A DNA stretch of 64,000 nucleotides from an uncultured Methanosarcinales archaeon (GTDB lineage Archaea > Nanobdellota > Nanobdellia > Woesearchaeales > CAYVYK01). Positions within the stretch are counted from its first letter, which is position 1, and each line of letters starts with the position of its first letter. The notes under the pieces were generated by a model, which worked only from the letters and a program-made list of their open reading frames with translations, was not told where the DNA came from and searched no databases. Shown here piece by piece: positions 10,161 through 19,137 of this stretch. Where the stretch lies: positions 71,791 through 135,790 of the forward strand of contig CAYVYK010000002.1 of the NCBI GenBank assembly GCA_964455675.1. Reading direction: 5' to 3'. Both the position numbers and the translations under genes were made by a program.

Positions 10161-10808
10161 ATGGACGTCGAGAAAAATAATCTCTTGAAAACTGGTACCA
10201 CAACTGTCGGGATTGTCTGCAAAGACGGCATTGTACTTGCGGCGGACCGCAGAGCTACTGCGGGATCGTATATCGCGGACAAGAAAGCTGAAAAGCTGCA
10301 TTTCCTCACGGAAAATATTGCGACGAGTATCGCAGGAACCGTGTCGGATGCTCAGCTCCTTATTAGGCTTGCAAAGTCCGAGATGAGCCTCAAGCAGTAC
10401 CGTACTGGTTCTGCGATCACAGTTAAGGAAGCCGCAAACCTAATGTCTCGCATGGTATATAGTAATATCAGGAGATCATATATTATCCCTGGAATTTCGC
10501 ACTTCGTCATGGGTGGAAAGGACCCAACAGGTTTTTATTTATACGATGTCTATGCGGATGGCAGCCTCACACTTGTTGATGAGTTTGTATCATCAGGTTC
10601 GGGAAGCGTCGTTGCATATGGTGTCCTTGAGTCAATGTATGTCAAGAATCAGCCCGTTGATGAAGGTGTCAAGCTGGCTGTGAAAGCATTGAATGCAGCG
10701 ATCTCGCGCGATAGCGCTTCAGGTGATGGTATTGAAGTGTTTACCATCACAAAGGAGGGCGCGAAGCGCGTGTTTTTGAAGGAAATCAAGTCACACGTGG
10801 AAATGTGA
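10161..10808 (+). CDS. psmB: Proteasome subunit beta
   Basis: Propeptide ending KTG|TTTVG, LAADRRAT, SSGSGS, RDSASG. Confidence 0.97.
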   Translation: MDVEKNNLLKTGTTTVGIVCKDGIVLAADRRATAGSYIADKKAEKLHFLTENIATSIAGTVSDAQLLIRLAKSEMSLKQYRTGSAITVKEAANLMSRMVYSNIRRSYIIPGISHFVMGGKDPTGFYLYDVYADGSLTLVDEFVSSGSGSVVAYGVLESMYVKNQPVDEGVKLAVKALNAAISRDSASGDGIEVFTITKEGAKRVFLKEIKSHVEM

Positions 10809-10825
10809 CGTTCTGAGGTAACTGG

Positions 10826-12766
10826 ATGGCGAATGGAACGAACAACAATATTCGAGTAAATAGTATCATGAAGACAATCCTCTCCCATATTCCGGAAGGC
10901 AAGATTTCTGATGCTGTGTTCGAGGGCGCAAATATTGTCCTCTATACGAAGGACAAGGATTTCTTCCTGGAGAATACAGGAATTGTCAGGGATGGGAACG
11001 TCATCAAGAAGATTGTTGATGATATCAAGAAGAGAGTTGAGCTTCGCCCTGATCCAGAGATCTCCATGGATCCTGAAAAAGCCGAGCTGATCATTAGGGA
11101 AAACTTGCCTGAGGAGTCTGGCGTTGACAAGATCATTTTTGATAAGATGCGCTCTATTGTGGAAATTGAGGTCGAAAAGCCCGGCGTTGCAATAGGTAAA
11201 CAAGGACAATTGCTACGTGATATTCGTGAAAAGACTCACTGGGTTCCGGTCATCAAGAGAAGGCCAGCCATCAGAAGCCAGATTATTGAGGATATTAAGG
11301 CAGTCCTGTATCAAAACAACGATTGGCGCAGGAAGTTCCTTGACCGTGTCGGCCATCGTATTTATGATGGATGGATCCGCGGCAAAAAGGAAGAATGGAT
11401 TCGCCTCAGTGTTCTTGGTTCAGGAAGGCAAGTCGGCCGCAGCTGCTTCCTCCTCCAGACGCCGGAGAGCAGGGTCATGCTTGACTGCGGTATTAATGTT
11501 GCCGCCGACTCTGAACCCTATCCTTATCTGGAATCTCCGGAATTCCGCATCAAGGAGCTTGATGCAGTTGTGGTCAGCCACGCCCATCTGGATCATATTG
11601 GATTCCTGCCCTACCTTTTCAAGTTCGGGTATGATGGCCCAGTCTACTGTACCCCGCCAACGAGAGATATCATGTCGCTCATCCAGCTTGATTTCGTAAA
11701 GATTCAGAAGTTTGATGGTCTCGATCCGATTTATACTTCTGATGAGATTAGAGAGTGCCTGAAGCACACGATCACTCTTGATTTTGAAGAGGTTACGGAT
11801 ATCACGCCCGATGTTCGGCTTACGCTGTACAACTCAGGTCACATCCTAGGGAGCAGCATGGTGCATTTACACATCGGTAACGGTCTGCACAACTTCTTGT
11901 ACACAGGAGATCTGAAGTACTGCCGGACTCATTTGCTTGAGCAAGCCGCAACGCAGTTCCCGCGCCTCGAGACTCTCGAGATAGAGTCAACATATGGAGG
12001 TAAGGATAACAACCTGCCGACAGAGAAGGAAGGTGAGCAGATCACGAAGGATATCATCAAGCGGACTGTTGATAGGGGCGGAAAGATTCTCTGTCCGGTT
12101 CTAGGTACTGGACGCGCGCAGGAAGTGATGATGATTATCGAGGAAATGTACCGCAAAGGTGAACTGCCCAAGGACCTCAAGGTGTTTGTTGATGGTATAG
12201 TCTGGGATATCACCGCAATTCACACAGCTCACCCTGAGTATCTTAATTCAAATATCCGAAAGCAGATCTTCCACAAGGATAACAACCCGTTCCTTTCCCC
12301 GATTTTTCACCGTGTGGGAAGCAAGAAGGAACGGGACCAGGTCATCGAGGAGGAAGGCTCGTGTATGATTCTAGCGACAAGCGGTATGCTTGTTGGTGGA
12401 CCCTCAGTTGAGTATTTACGCGCGCTTGCTGATAATCCGAGGAACAGTCTCCTGTTCACGAGCTACCAAGGTGAAGGAACGCTTGGTCGCAGGTTGCAGC
12501 GCGGCGAGCGGGAGATCGTCTTCAAGGACGGAGCAAAGCAGGAAGTTGTGCAGGTGAAGATGGAGATCAGCAGGCTCGAGATCTCGTCCCACAGCGACCG
12601 CCGCCAGCTGATGAATTTCCTGACGCACTTGAATCCAAGACCCAAGAAGGTTCTGGTATCGCATGGAGAGCCGTCGAGATGCCTCGATTTTGCGAGTTCC
12701 ATCCATCGCCAGCTTCGTGTGGAAACGGTATGCCCAAGAAATCTTGAGACGATACGACTGCGTTAA
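10826..12766 (+). CDS. fttA: Beta-CASP ribonuclease aCPSF1 / transcription termination factor FttA
   Basis: N-terminal KH domains (GVAIGKQG), SHAHLDH MBL motif, GHILGS, ESTYG, HGE; conserved adjacency to psmB. Confidence 0.95.
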   Translation: MANGTNNNIRVNSIMKTILSHIPEGKISDAVFEGANIVLYTKDKDFFLENTGIVRDGNVIKKIVDDIKKRVELRPDPEISMDPEKAELIIRENLPEESGVDKIIFDKMRSIVEIEVEKPGVAIGKQGQLLRDIREKTHWVPVIKRRPAIRSQIIEDIKAVLYQNNDWRRKFLDRVGHRIYDGWIRGKKEEWIRLSVLGSGRQVGRSCFLLQTPESRVMLDCGINVAADSEPYPYLESPEFRIKELDAVVVSHAHLDHIGFLPYLFKFGYDGPVYCTPPTRDIMSLIQLDFVKIQKFDGLDPIYTSDEIRECLKHTITLDFEEVTDITPDVRLTLYNSGHILGSSMVHLHIGNGLHNFLYTGDLKYCRTHLLEQAATQFPRLETLEIESTYGGKDNNLPTEKEGEQITKDIIKRTVDRGGKILCPVLGTGRAQEVMMIIEEMYRKGELPKDLKVFVDGIVWDITAIHTAHPEYLNSNIRKQIFHKDNNPFLSPIFHRVGSKKERDQVIEEEGSCMILATSGMLVGGPSVEYLRALADNPRNSLLFTSYQGEGTLGRRLQRGEREIVFKDGAKQEVVQVKMEISRLEISSHSDRRQLMNFLTHLNPRPKKVLVSHGEPSRCLDFASSIHRQLRVETVCPRNLETIRLR

Positions 12767-12768
12767 AG

Positions 12769-13293
12769 TTATCTTTTCACGAGGTGTATCGCGGCTTCGC
12801 ATGTCTCTTCAAGCGTGCTATGTATTGGTATATCCGGAGCATCGAGCAGAAGATCATATGCTATAGTGTGGAGTTCTGGAAATCTTCCGTCGCTTCCAAT
12901 GCAGATCCGTGTGCTTCTATCATGCCGATAATTCGTCATCCACTGTCCTAGCTCGATCCGTGTCATTGCGCCATATACCTTGTCACAGTGATGATGCTCT
13001 TCACCGGGTAGCCAAAAAAGTATTGCGCCTGTGTGTGCGGCGATCGGTAGGTAATAACGTTCCCATGCACGCTGCCGTGGAAAATATTGCTCGTTACCTA
13101 AAAGGAGATATGTCTGAATAGAAGGTCTAGTTCCCCGTCGAGGACTTGCGATAACAAGGTCCTGCTCATATGATAAGAGTATCGATGCAGCCTCATCCTG
13201 CCAGTTTGGCGCGCTCATGATGGGGCCTGCAAGGAAGATGAGCGGTGAGTGTACATGCTCGATATACGTGTTTGGGATGACTACGCCCCTCAT
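12769..13293 (-). CDS. Nucleoside 2-deoxyribosyltransferase-like protein
   Basis: IFLAGPI...WQ...SPRR...WE...ILFW...TRIELG pattern. Confidence 0.75.
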   Translation of the reverse strand: MRGVVIPNTYIEHVHSPLIFLAGPIMSAPNWQDEAASILLSYEQDLVIASPRRGTRPSIQTYLLLGNEQYFPRQRAWERYYLPIAAHTGAILFWLPGEEHHHCDKVYGAMTRIELGQWMTNYRHDRSTRICIGSDGRFPELHTIAYDLLLDAPDIPIHSTLEETCEAAIHLVKR

Positions 13294-13408
13294 TTTCTTG
13301 TCGAATGATGCTTTTTTTATTAAAATTCCGATCTATGCGCTGACTTTTTTGTCTCGGAATTGTCTACTGCACACGATGAATTGTTTTATTTTTTGAGAGT
13401 ATTATCTA

Positions 13409-14068
13409 GTGAGTATGATCAGAATGTCCATTCTGCGTTACCACTGTCCGTATTCATCGCAGGTAAGAGACTCGTACGGAGGGATTGGAATTGCAGAGAA
13501 GGTTTACCAGAGATCTCCTGTGCCAAATGAGCCAGTCATGGTTTCGCGAAGATACCGCACACTGAATGACATCGTTGGTGGTCAACAGGGCGTGAAAGTC
13601 GAGGCAGTGTCATACGACGGTAAGCGAAGCATTGGAATGCAAAAAGACAGTATGGACCAGGTGCTTAGACAATATGATAGGTTCAGAAAGAGCCCGGTTG
13701 CGAAAAAGTTCGCAGAAAAGCATCGAGCCGTTCCTTCATATGATGGCATCATGGTTGGGGAGATTGGTGATGGCGGAGCGCTTGGGGCAAACATCGTAAC
13801 GGACGACGGCCGCCAGTACTTAATGATTGACAAACGATATATTGGCCGGATGAATAACAGAACGTGGGATCAGGTCTTCTCGCATGAATGGTACCACGGC
13901 CTTGGTCGTAATGCTGAAAATCCAAGAAAGCATTATGATGAGCATGCGACAAGCACTGCGAATGCCGAGCTTTATCGTGAGCTTGCGGACGAGAGTGCTG
14001 GCATCCTTGCAGAGGCGTATAGGAGAAATGCTTCTGACGAGTACGCTCGCGCACGCCTCGCAGCATAG
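13409..14068 (+). CDS. Hypothetical protein with HExxH zincin-like motif
   Basis: VFSHEWYHGLG followed by a downstream E (HYDEHA); start uncertain. Confidence 0.55.
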   Translation: MSMIRMSILRYHCPYSSQVRDSYGGIGIAEKVYQRSPVPNEPVMVSRRYRTLNDIVGGQQGVKVEAVSYDGKRSIGMQKDSMDQVLRQYDRFRKSPVAKKFAEKHRAVPSYDGIMVGEIGDGGALGANIVTDDGRQYLMIDKRYIGRMNNRTWDQVFSHEWYHGLGRNAENPRKHYDEHATSTANAELYRELADESAGILAEAYRRNASDEYARARLAA

Positions 14069-14113
14069 ACTGGAGGGTTAAAATTTAAATAGCCATTTTT
14101 CTTTTCGTCAATT

Positions 14114-14674
14114 ATGAAGTTTGTCATTGAGCATCTTGAGCCGAAAATGTGGGAATGGTGCGTTCTGGAATACCAGCACATCTCCGAGACTGTTGGCAGG
14201 TCGAATGTAATTTTTTCAAACGTGCTAAGGAATCAAACGCAAATTTCGCCGTATGGCAAAGTTACTGAAAAGAGCGTCAAGGAATTAGGGTTAAAGAATG
14301 CATGCTTGCTTGATCCGTCTGCTCCAAAGGTTCTATCCTCATCCGATGCGAAGGAGTTTGATTCGTTTGTATTCGGAGGAATTCTTGGTGATTACCCGAT
14401 GAAGTTTCGAACGAAGGAATTGTTGCCTGAGAAATACTTCAAAGATAGGAGAAACATCGGTACTGCACAATTCTCTACGGATACGGCAGTCTATGTCACA
14501 AAACAGATTCTGGAGGGAGCAAAATGGAGAGAATTTCATTTCGTGGAGTCTATGGAGATCGCAGTAGGCCCTGGTGAATGCATTGAGCTTCCGTTTAGGT
14601 ATGTTATCGTCGACGGAAAACCTTTTTTGCCTCGTGGCCTTATTGAACTGCTGTTGAAGAAAAAGGGTTTTTAG
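14114..14674 (+). CDS. SPOUT methyltransferase, Sfm1/DUF431-like
   Basis: FVIEHLE...W..LEY, LLDP.A...LS, FVFGGILGD.P...RT, QFSTDTAV, LPFRY. Confidence 0.85.
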   Translation: MKFVIEHLEPKMWEWCVLEYQHISETVGRSNVIFSNVLRNQTQISPYGKVTEKSVKELGLKNACLLDPSAPKVLSSSDAKEFDSFVFGGILGDYPMKFRTKELLPEKYFKDRRNIGTAQFSTDTAVYVTKQILEGAKWREFHFVESMEIAVGPGECIELPFRYVIVDGKPFLPRGLIELLLKKKGF

Positions 14675-14723
14675 AAAAAAAAATGAATGCCCAGTCAGGC
14701 ATTCCCAAAGGAGAGAAAAAAAA

Positions 14724-14765
14724 TCACTTCTTCTTTTTCTTGGCTGCTTTCTTCTTCTTTGCCAT
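14724..14765 (-). CDS. 13-aa lysine-rich micropeptide MAKKKKAAKKKKK
   Basis: ATG..TGA with SD GAGGTGA 4 nt upstream, TATTTAAT further upstream and an oligo-T tract right after the stop. Confidence 0.6.
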   Translation of the reverse strand: MAKKKKAAKKKKK

Positions 14766-14918
14766 GCAATCACCTCGCTTATGCATGATGTTTTCTATTA
14801 AATACATTCATTGGAACTTTGATATTTAAAACTTTTTATTTTATTTTTTTATCGTCGAAGAAATTTTTCAGTTTTTTATAAAAAAATAGTGGATCAAGGT
14901 TCAGAAAAATATTTCATT

Positions 14919-15095
14919 TTAGATAATTTTTTTGTTCAAGAGGTGCTCTTCCTTTGCTTTCCGACGGTAATCCGCATATTTTTCTTGCAGGGAGAACTTG
15001 AGAGGCTTATGGGAGACAGTTTTCATCCCGCAATCACATTCCTCATTCATGGTAAATTTTTTGCATGATTCGCAGAACAAAATATGTTTTGCCAT
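14919..15095 (-). CDS. nop10: Ribosome biogenesis protein Nop10 (58 aa; absent from ORF track)
   Basis: MAKHILFCESCKKFTMNEECDCGMKTVSHKPLKFSLQEKYADYRRKAKEE...; Zn ribbon plus P.KFS..KY..YRR; directly after aIF2a. Confidence 0.92.
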   Translation of the reverse strand: MAKHILFCESCKKFTMNEECDCGMKTVSHKPLKFSLQEKYADYRRKAKEEHLLNKKII

Positions 15096-15098
15096 GGT

Positions 15099-15893
15099 TC
15101 ACTTGCTCTTTTCGATTCGATGGAACGAGAAAGTGTTTTCTTCCATATCAAGTGCTTTCTGAACGCTCTTGATGACCTTGTCAAGTCTCTGCTCGGCAGT
15201 CTTGTATTCGGAGTCGCTCAGTTCGATCTGATAGCGCCCTCCACCGAGATAATTGAGCATGAGTTCATGCTCTTTTTTTGTCGCGTCGATGAGCGCCTTT
15301 TTTATCACATCGACTCCGTCAGGTAAGTAGCTGCTGATGTTCATCTCTCCCCCGATCGTAACTTTTGGTGGCTTGATTCGCTGGTGGATGACTTCGCTTA
15401 GTACCTCTGCAACACTAGCGTCAACTCCCTCTTTCTTGAGATCGAGTCCCTCGAGAACTACAGCTTCAAATGCGGAATTCAGAGTTCCATATTTTTCAAC
15501 GAGCGATTTGGCAAACGTCTCTTCAAGCTGGCTCTTTGGGATCTTGAGTTTCTGTGCTGTGTATTCCAGGATCTTGTTCGCTTTCTGCTCTTGCTTTCTA
15601 GAATCGGTGAAATTCCTTCGTTCGTTGTCGCTGACTCTGCGAAGCGATAGGTCCACATGCCCTCGCTCCTGATTTACCCGAAGTACTTTGCATACGATGA
15701 CCTTGCTCTCCCTGATATAGTCGCGGATGTTGCGGATTCTACCAGGGCTTACTTCAGAAATATGGATCATTCCGCCCTTGTTGTAATCGTCCATGTTGAC
15801 GAAAACACTGTTCGGATAGATCTTTGTGACCGTGCAGATGACTAGTTCTTTTTCTTCTGGGAATCCAGTTTTCTTGAATATGGCATCTGACAC
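15099..15893 (-). CDS. eif2a: Translation initiation factor 2 alpha subunit (aIF2a)
   Basis: S1 domain GMIHISEVSPGRIRNIRD, HVDLSLRRV, YLGGGRYQI. GTG start at 15893 is preferred over the track start 15911. Confidence 0.95.
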   Translation of the reverse strand: MSDAIFKKTGFPEEKELVICTVTKIYPNSVFVNMDDYNKGGMIHISEVSPGRIRNIRDYIRESKVIVCKVLRVNQERGHVDLSLRRVSDNERRNFTDSRKQEQKANKILEYTAQKLKIPKSQLEETFAKSLVEKYGTLNSAFEAVVLEGLDLKKEGVDASVAEVLSEVIHQRIKPPKVTIGGEMNISSYLPDGVDVIKKALIDATKKEHELMLNYLGGGRYQIELSDSEYKTAEQRLDKVIKSVQKALDMEENTFSFHRIEKSK

Positions 15894-15903
15894 GTTGCAC
15901 CGC

Positions 15904-16086
15904 TTATTCAAGCACTTCGAGAATTCGTGCTTTTATGTGCGATTTGCCGCCTGTCGGTTCGGCTAGAACCTTGTTGCAGACGAGGCATGAGATGTTCATC
16001 ACTGGTTTTCCAAACATGATCTGCTCGTTCTTGCACTTTGGGCATCGTATCTTGATATATTTTGATGATGGTTGTTTCGTTTTCAT
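15904..16086 (-). CDS. rps27e: 30S ribosomal protein S27e
   Basis: SKYIKIRCPKCKNEQIMF...CLVC...LAEPTGGK. Confidence 0.96.
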   Translation of the reverse strand: MKTKQPSSKYIKIRCPKCKNEQIMFGKPVMNISCLVCNKVLAEPTGGKSHIKARILEVLE

Positions 16087-16091
16087 GAGTA

Positions 16092-16400
16092 TCACACAAA
16101 TTCGATCTTCTTTGCGCGAAATCCCTTTGCCTGGACGGTTGTTTTCTTGCACTTCGTGCATTCATACCGCAAGTCACTCTTCTTTGTCGCTTTTTTTCCG
16201 GTCATCTTGAATTTCGTGACTGCCGGCTTTGAGTAGCGTCCAAGGTTGCCGACTCCTTTGGCTTGTCCTCGAAGGCGTGCGCGAACCTTCGATCCGTAGG
16301 TGAGTGAACTTGCTTGCTTTCTCTTGTTCTGCGTGACTTTTTGATCGGTATGCTGCTTGCAGTAGGGGCAGTACCTCTTCTGGGTTTTAGGGAGTTTCAT
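16092..16400 (-). CDS. rpl44e: 50S ribosomal protein L44e
   Basis: MKLPK...RYCPYCKQHT...KATKKSDLRYECTKC. Confidence 0.96.
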   Translation of the reverse strand: MKLPKTQKRYCPYCKQHTDQKVTQNKRKQASSLTYGSKVRARLRGQAKGVGNLGRYSKPAVTKFKMTGKKATKKSDLRYECTKCKKTTVQAKGFRAKKIEFV

Positions 16401-16512
16401 ATCCTCGAAGGAACCCGAGGCGCTTTAAAAAGGTTTCGGCAGTGGCATGAAAAAGCGCAAAACCGCATGCCTTACCTACCTTTTTATCAGAATCGGCGAT
16501 ATACATCAGTGT

Positions 16513-17028
16513 TCAGTGCTTCAGAAGTCTCACTGCCTGGTCCATGAACTCTTGTACGTAGGGGTGGAGAGCCTTCCGTAGCTGTGGGTAGTTCTGTGAA
16601 GTGCATAGTATTGGGGAAGTATGCATCTTGTCTAGCTTAAGTGTTCCTTTCCCACGGCCGAAGTAGACGATATTGAGTGTATCTGTTCCTTTTCCATGTC
16701 CAAAGGGATCAGTTGGAAACAAAGTGCGTCCCGTTCCAAGGTATGTCAAATCGGTTATGTTTAGATTGCATTCGGCGAATGCTTTCTTTCGCAGTGATTC
16801 TTCTGTCGGTATGCCTCGTTGTATTCTGCCTCCGACGGGCCAGAGGTATCCTTTGGCAGGGATATTATCTCGCTGAACGAGGAGTATTCCCCCCTTGTAT
16901 TCGATGAAGATGTCATGGCATGCTATGATGGAGGCTCCATGTATTCGGGCATATTCCTCTTTGTTGATTATTCCACTAACGAGTGGATGTAAGTTGAACG
17001 AGCCTTGCTCTTCTGCATAATCGCGCAT
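16513..17028 (-). CDS. Nudix hydrolase (GDP-mannose mannosyl hydrolase-like, degenerate Nudix box)
   Basis: ILLVQR..PAKGYLWPVGGRIQRG...AECNL. Confidence 0.75.
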   Translation of the reverse strand: MRDYAEEQGSFNLHPLVSGIINKEEYARIHGASIIACHDIFIEYKGGILLVQRDNIPAKGYLWPVGGRIQRGIPTEESLRKKAFAECNLNITDLTYLGTGRTLFPTDPFGHGKGTDTLNIVYFGRGKGTLKLDKMHTSPILCTSQNYPQLRKALHPYVQEFMDQAVRLLKH

Positions 17029-17090
17029 GACTCAACGATAGTTGTGATTCCACTATTAAAGATTTCGTGGTGTAGGTGAATTTGTATCTT

Positions 17091-17681
17091 CTATTGGTGT
17101 ATCGTTTCTGCTTTGCCTTGTTTTACTAATAAATGCCCGATTTCCTCAGGAAGATTGGCGATCTCATCCACGTTAAATGGGCCATATGTTTCAAGATTCC
17201 TGCCGAGGAATTTTGGTACTGCTTCCTTGAACAGAAGTGTGATATTTTTTTGTTTGTCCGTCGTAGTTTTTTGTATCGTTGGAACGAGGGGCTGCTGCGC
17301 GGCGAGGAGTCTTGAGAGGATGCCTGTGCGGAATTTCTGAATGAGTGTCGTCATCTCATCGTACATTTCGAGCTCCTCGGGTAGCATACCATCAGTTGGG
17401 GCTAGGTTTGATCCTGTCCGAGCTCGGTCCATTGCCATGAGAAGTATTTTTTTCTCCCGTCTGTCGTGAAGTTCCCGTATCATCTTCTTAATATTCAGGA
17501 TCTTGAGAGCGTTATCATCAAGGGGGCTTTGCTCGTGGCTAACTTTGAGTTTCTCATCAAGATAGTGGGCAACGTCACGATAGAATCCGGGAGAGAGTTT
17601 CTGCAGCTCGTCTCTGGATTTTTCTCGGCGTAGTATGTCAAACAGTGTCTCGTACGTGATGGTAACTTCCAATTCTTCCAT
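17091..17681 (-). CDS. gins: DNA replication complex GINS subunit (Gins15/Gins51)
   Basis: TYETL..ILRREK....LQKL...FY, RREKKI..MA, YGPF...E.ANLP.E....LV..GKA; upstream of L44e. Confidence 0.88.
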   Translation of the reverse strand: MEELEVTITYETLFDILRREKSRDELQKLSPGFYRDVAHYLDEKLKVSHEQSPLDDNALKILNIKKMIRELHDRREKKILLMAMDRARTGSNLAPTDGMLPEELEMYDEMTTLIQKFRTGILSRLLAAQQPLVPTIQKTTTDKQKNITLLFKEAVPKFLGRNLETYGPFNVDEIANLPEEIGHLLVKQGKAETIHQ

Positions 17682-17913
17682 GGTGCCCCCGAAGCGTATG
17701 GTGTTCGTTCTGCCATTAATATAGATTGTGCCTCCGGAGTAAGGCGCGAAAAGGGCAATTTGTTGAATTACCCACAAAAATCCGATGTACCGTCGGTAAA
17801 ACGCTTTGGAAAAAACACGAAAAACAAAAGGTATATATATCAGTATATGATTCCGTATACTGGTATCATTTTTCCAAACCAATATATATCATCGCTAGGA
17901 TGCTGGGAGAGAG

Positions 17914-18720
17914 GTGAATAGTGTGAGAAAGATAGCAGTAGTCAGCCAGAAGGGTGGTGTCGGAAAGACAACCACAGCAGTGAATCTTGCCGCGGGTCTT
18001 GCACGGGCAGGGAAAAAAGTTCTTCTCATCGACTTGGACGCTCAGGCGCACGTGAGTACATGCTTCAAGAGCGCTCCGCTTAGTAAGAGCATCTTCAACA
18101 TACTGACAAATGGTACGGACTGGACTGAGTGCATTAGTCATCTTGGGAAAAACTTGGATCTTATCGCAAGTTCTGGCGAACTCCTGAATAGTGAGACTCT
18201 GCTTGTGAAGGAGAAGACTCCTGAACACATCCTCGCAAGAAAACTCGCGAAGCTCAAGGGGTATGACTATGTGATTCTGGACTGCCCACCATCGCTGTCG
18301 CTGCTTACGAGAAACGCTCTGATGTTTGCTGATGAGGTGTTTCTCATCGCCTCCACGGACGCCTTGTCGTACGATGCGCTCATGAAAACCAAGGATTTCG
18401 TTGATTGGTTCCAGGACAGTTATGACCATGACCTCAAGGTGACAAAGGTTATTCCAACCATGTTTGACAAGCGTAACAAGATCTGCAAGATTATGCTTGA
18501 GAAGATCCAGAATGAGTTTTATGATGTTGTGACAGAACCTATTCGCGCCAATTCCAAAATCAAAGAAGCGCCCATGTCGGGAAAATCAATATTCTCGTAT
18601 GCGCCTTCATCGCCTGGAGCGAAGGACTATGAGCAATTGGTTAAGGACGTGCTCATGTCCGAGCCCAAGGCTCCAAGGATTGCCGCGGAATCCGCGGCGA
18701 AGGGAGAAGTGGCATCCTGA
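17914..18720 (+). CDS. parA: ParA/Soj family ATPase
   Basis: QKGGVGKTTT deviant Walker A, LLIDLDAQ, ILDCPP. Confidence 0.92.
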   Translation: MNSVRKIAVVSQKGGVGKTTTAVNLAAGLARAGKKVLLIDLDAQAHVSTCFKSAPLSKSIFNILTNGTDWTECISHLGKNLDLIASSGELLNSETLLVKEKTPEHILARKLAKLKGYDYVILDCPPSLSLLTRNALMFADEVFLIASTDALSYDALMKTKDFVDWFQDSYDHDLKVTKVIPTMFDKRNKICKIMLEKIQNEFYDVVTEPIRANSKIKEAPMSGKSIFSYAPSSPGAKDYEQLVKDVLMSEPKAPRIAAESAAKGEVAS

Positions 18721-18765
18721 AGTACAAGGAAAAGGTTCATATCCTGATCGAGTTTCATGAGATGA

Positions 18766-19137
18766 ATGGTCAGAATACTCCTTGTTGATGATGATCCTCG
18801 CATTCGAAAAGCGGTTTCTTATTTGATTCAGGATGAGTTACCTGGTGTAACGATAGATACCGCAGTCAATGGCGAGGAGGCGTGCGGCTATGTATCTCGT
18901 ACTCCGCCTGACGCAGTCGTAATGGACTACCAGATGCCTGTTTTGAACGGTCTGTCAGCATGTGCGAGGATGCGAAGAGAGGGGTATGATCATCCGGTGA
19001 TTGTATGGTCCTCCGCACCAAGAATGATGCCTCCATTAGACGTTGAGACATCAGGTGCGACCCAGATTCTTGATAAGATGAGGATGAACGATGGAGAACT
19101 CGCAAGGATACTTCGACAATATGTGCAGAGTCTCTAG
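18766..19137 (+). CDS. Stand-alone response regulator receiver domain
   Basis: ILLVDDD, VMDYQMP.LNG, SS and K residues. Confidence 0.85.
   Translation: MVRILLVDDDPRIRKAVSYLIQDELPGVTIDTAVNGEEACGYVSRTPPDAVVMDYQMPVLNGLSACARMRREGYDHPVIVWSSAPRMMPPLDVETSGATQILDKMRMNDGELARILRQYVQSL

Noticed and set aside
14339..14773. 144-aa minus-strand ORF
   Set aside because: It is antisense to the SPOUT gene, and the SD points to the 13-aa ORF in another frame.
14810..14918. Very AT-rich tract as a replication origin
   Set aside because: No ORB-like repeats or cdc6/orc gene nearby; terminator and promoter sequence explains it.
17682..17882. N-terminal extension of GINS in the ORF track (similarly for S27e, nitroreductase, coaD, Lrp and others)
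   Set aside because: The extensions run through promoter regions; homology begins at downstream starts.
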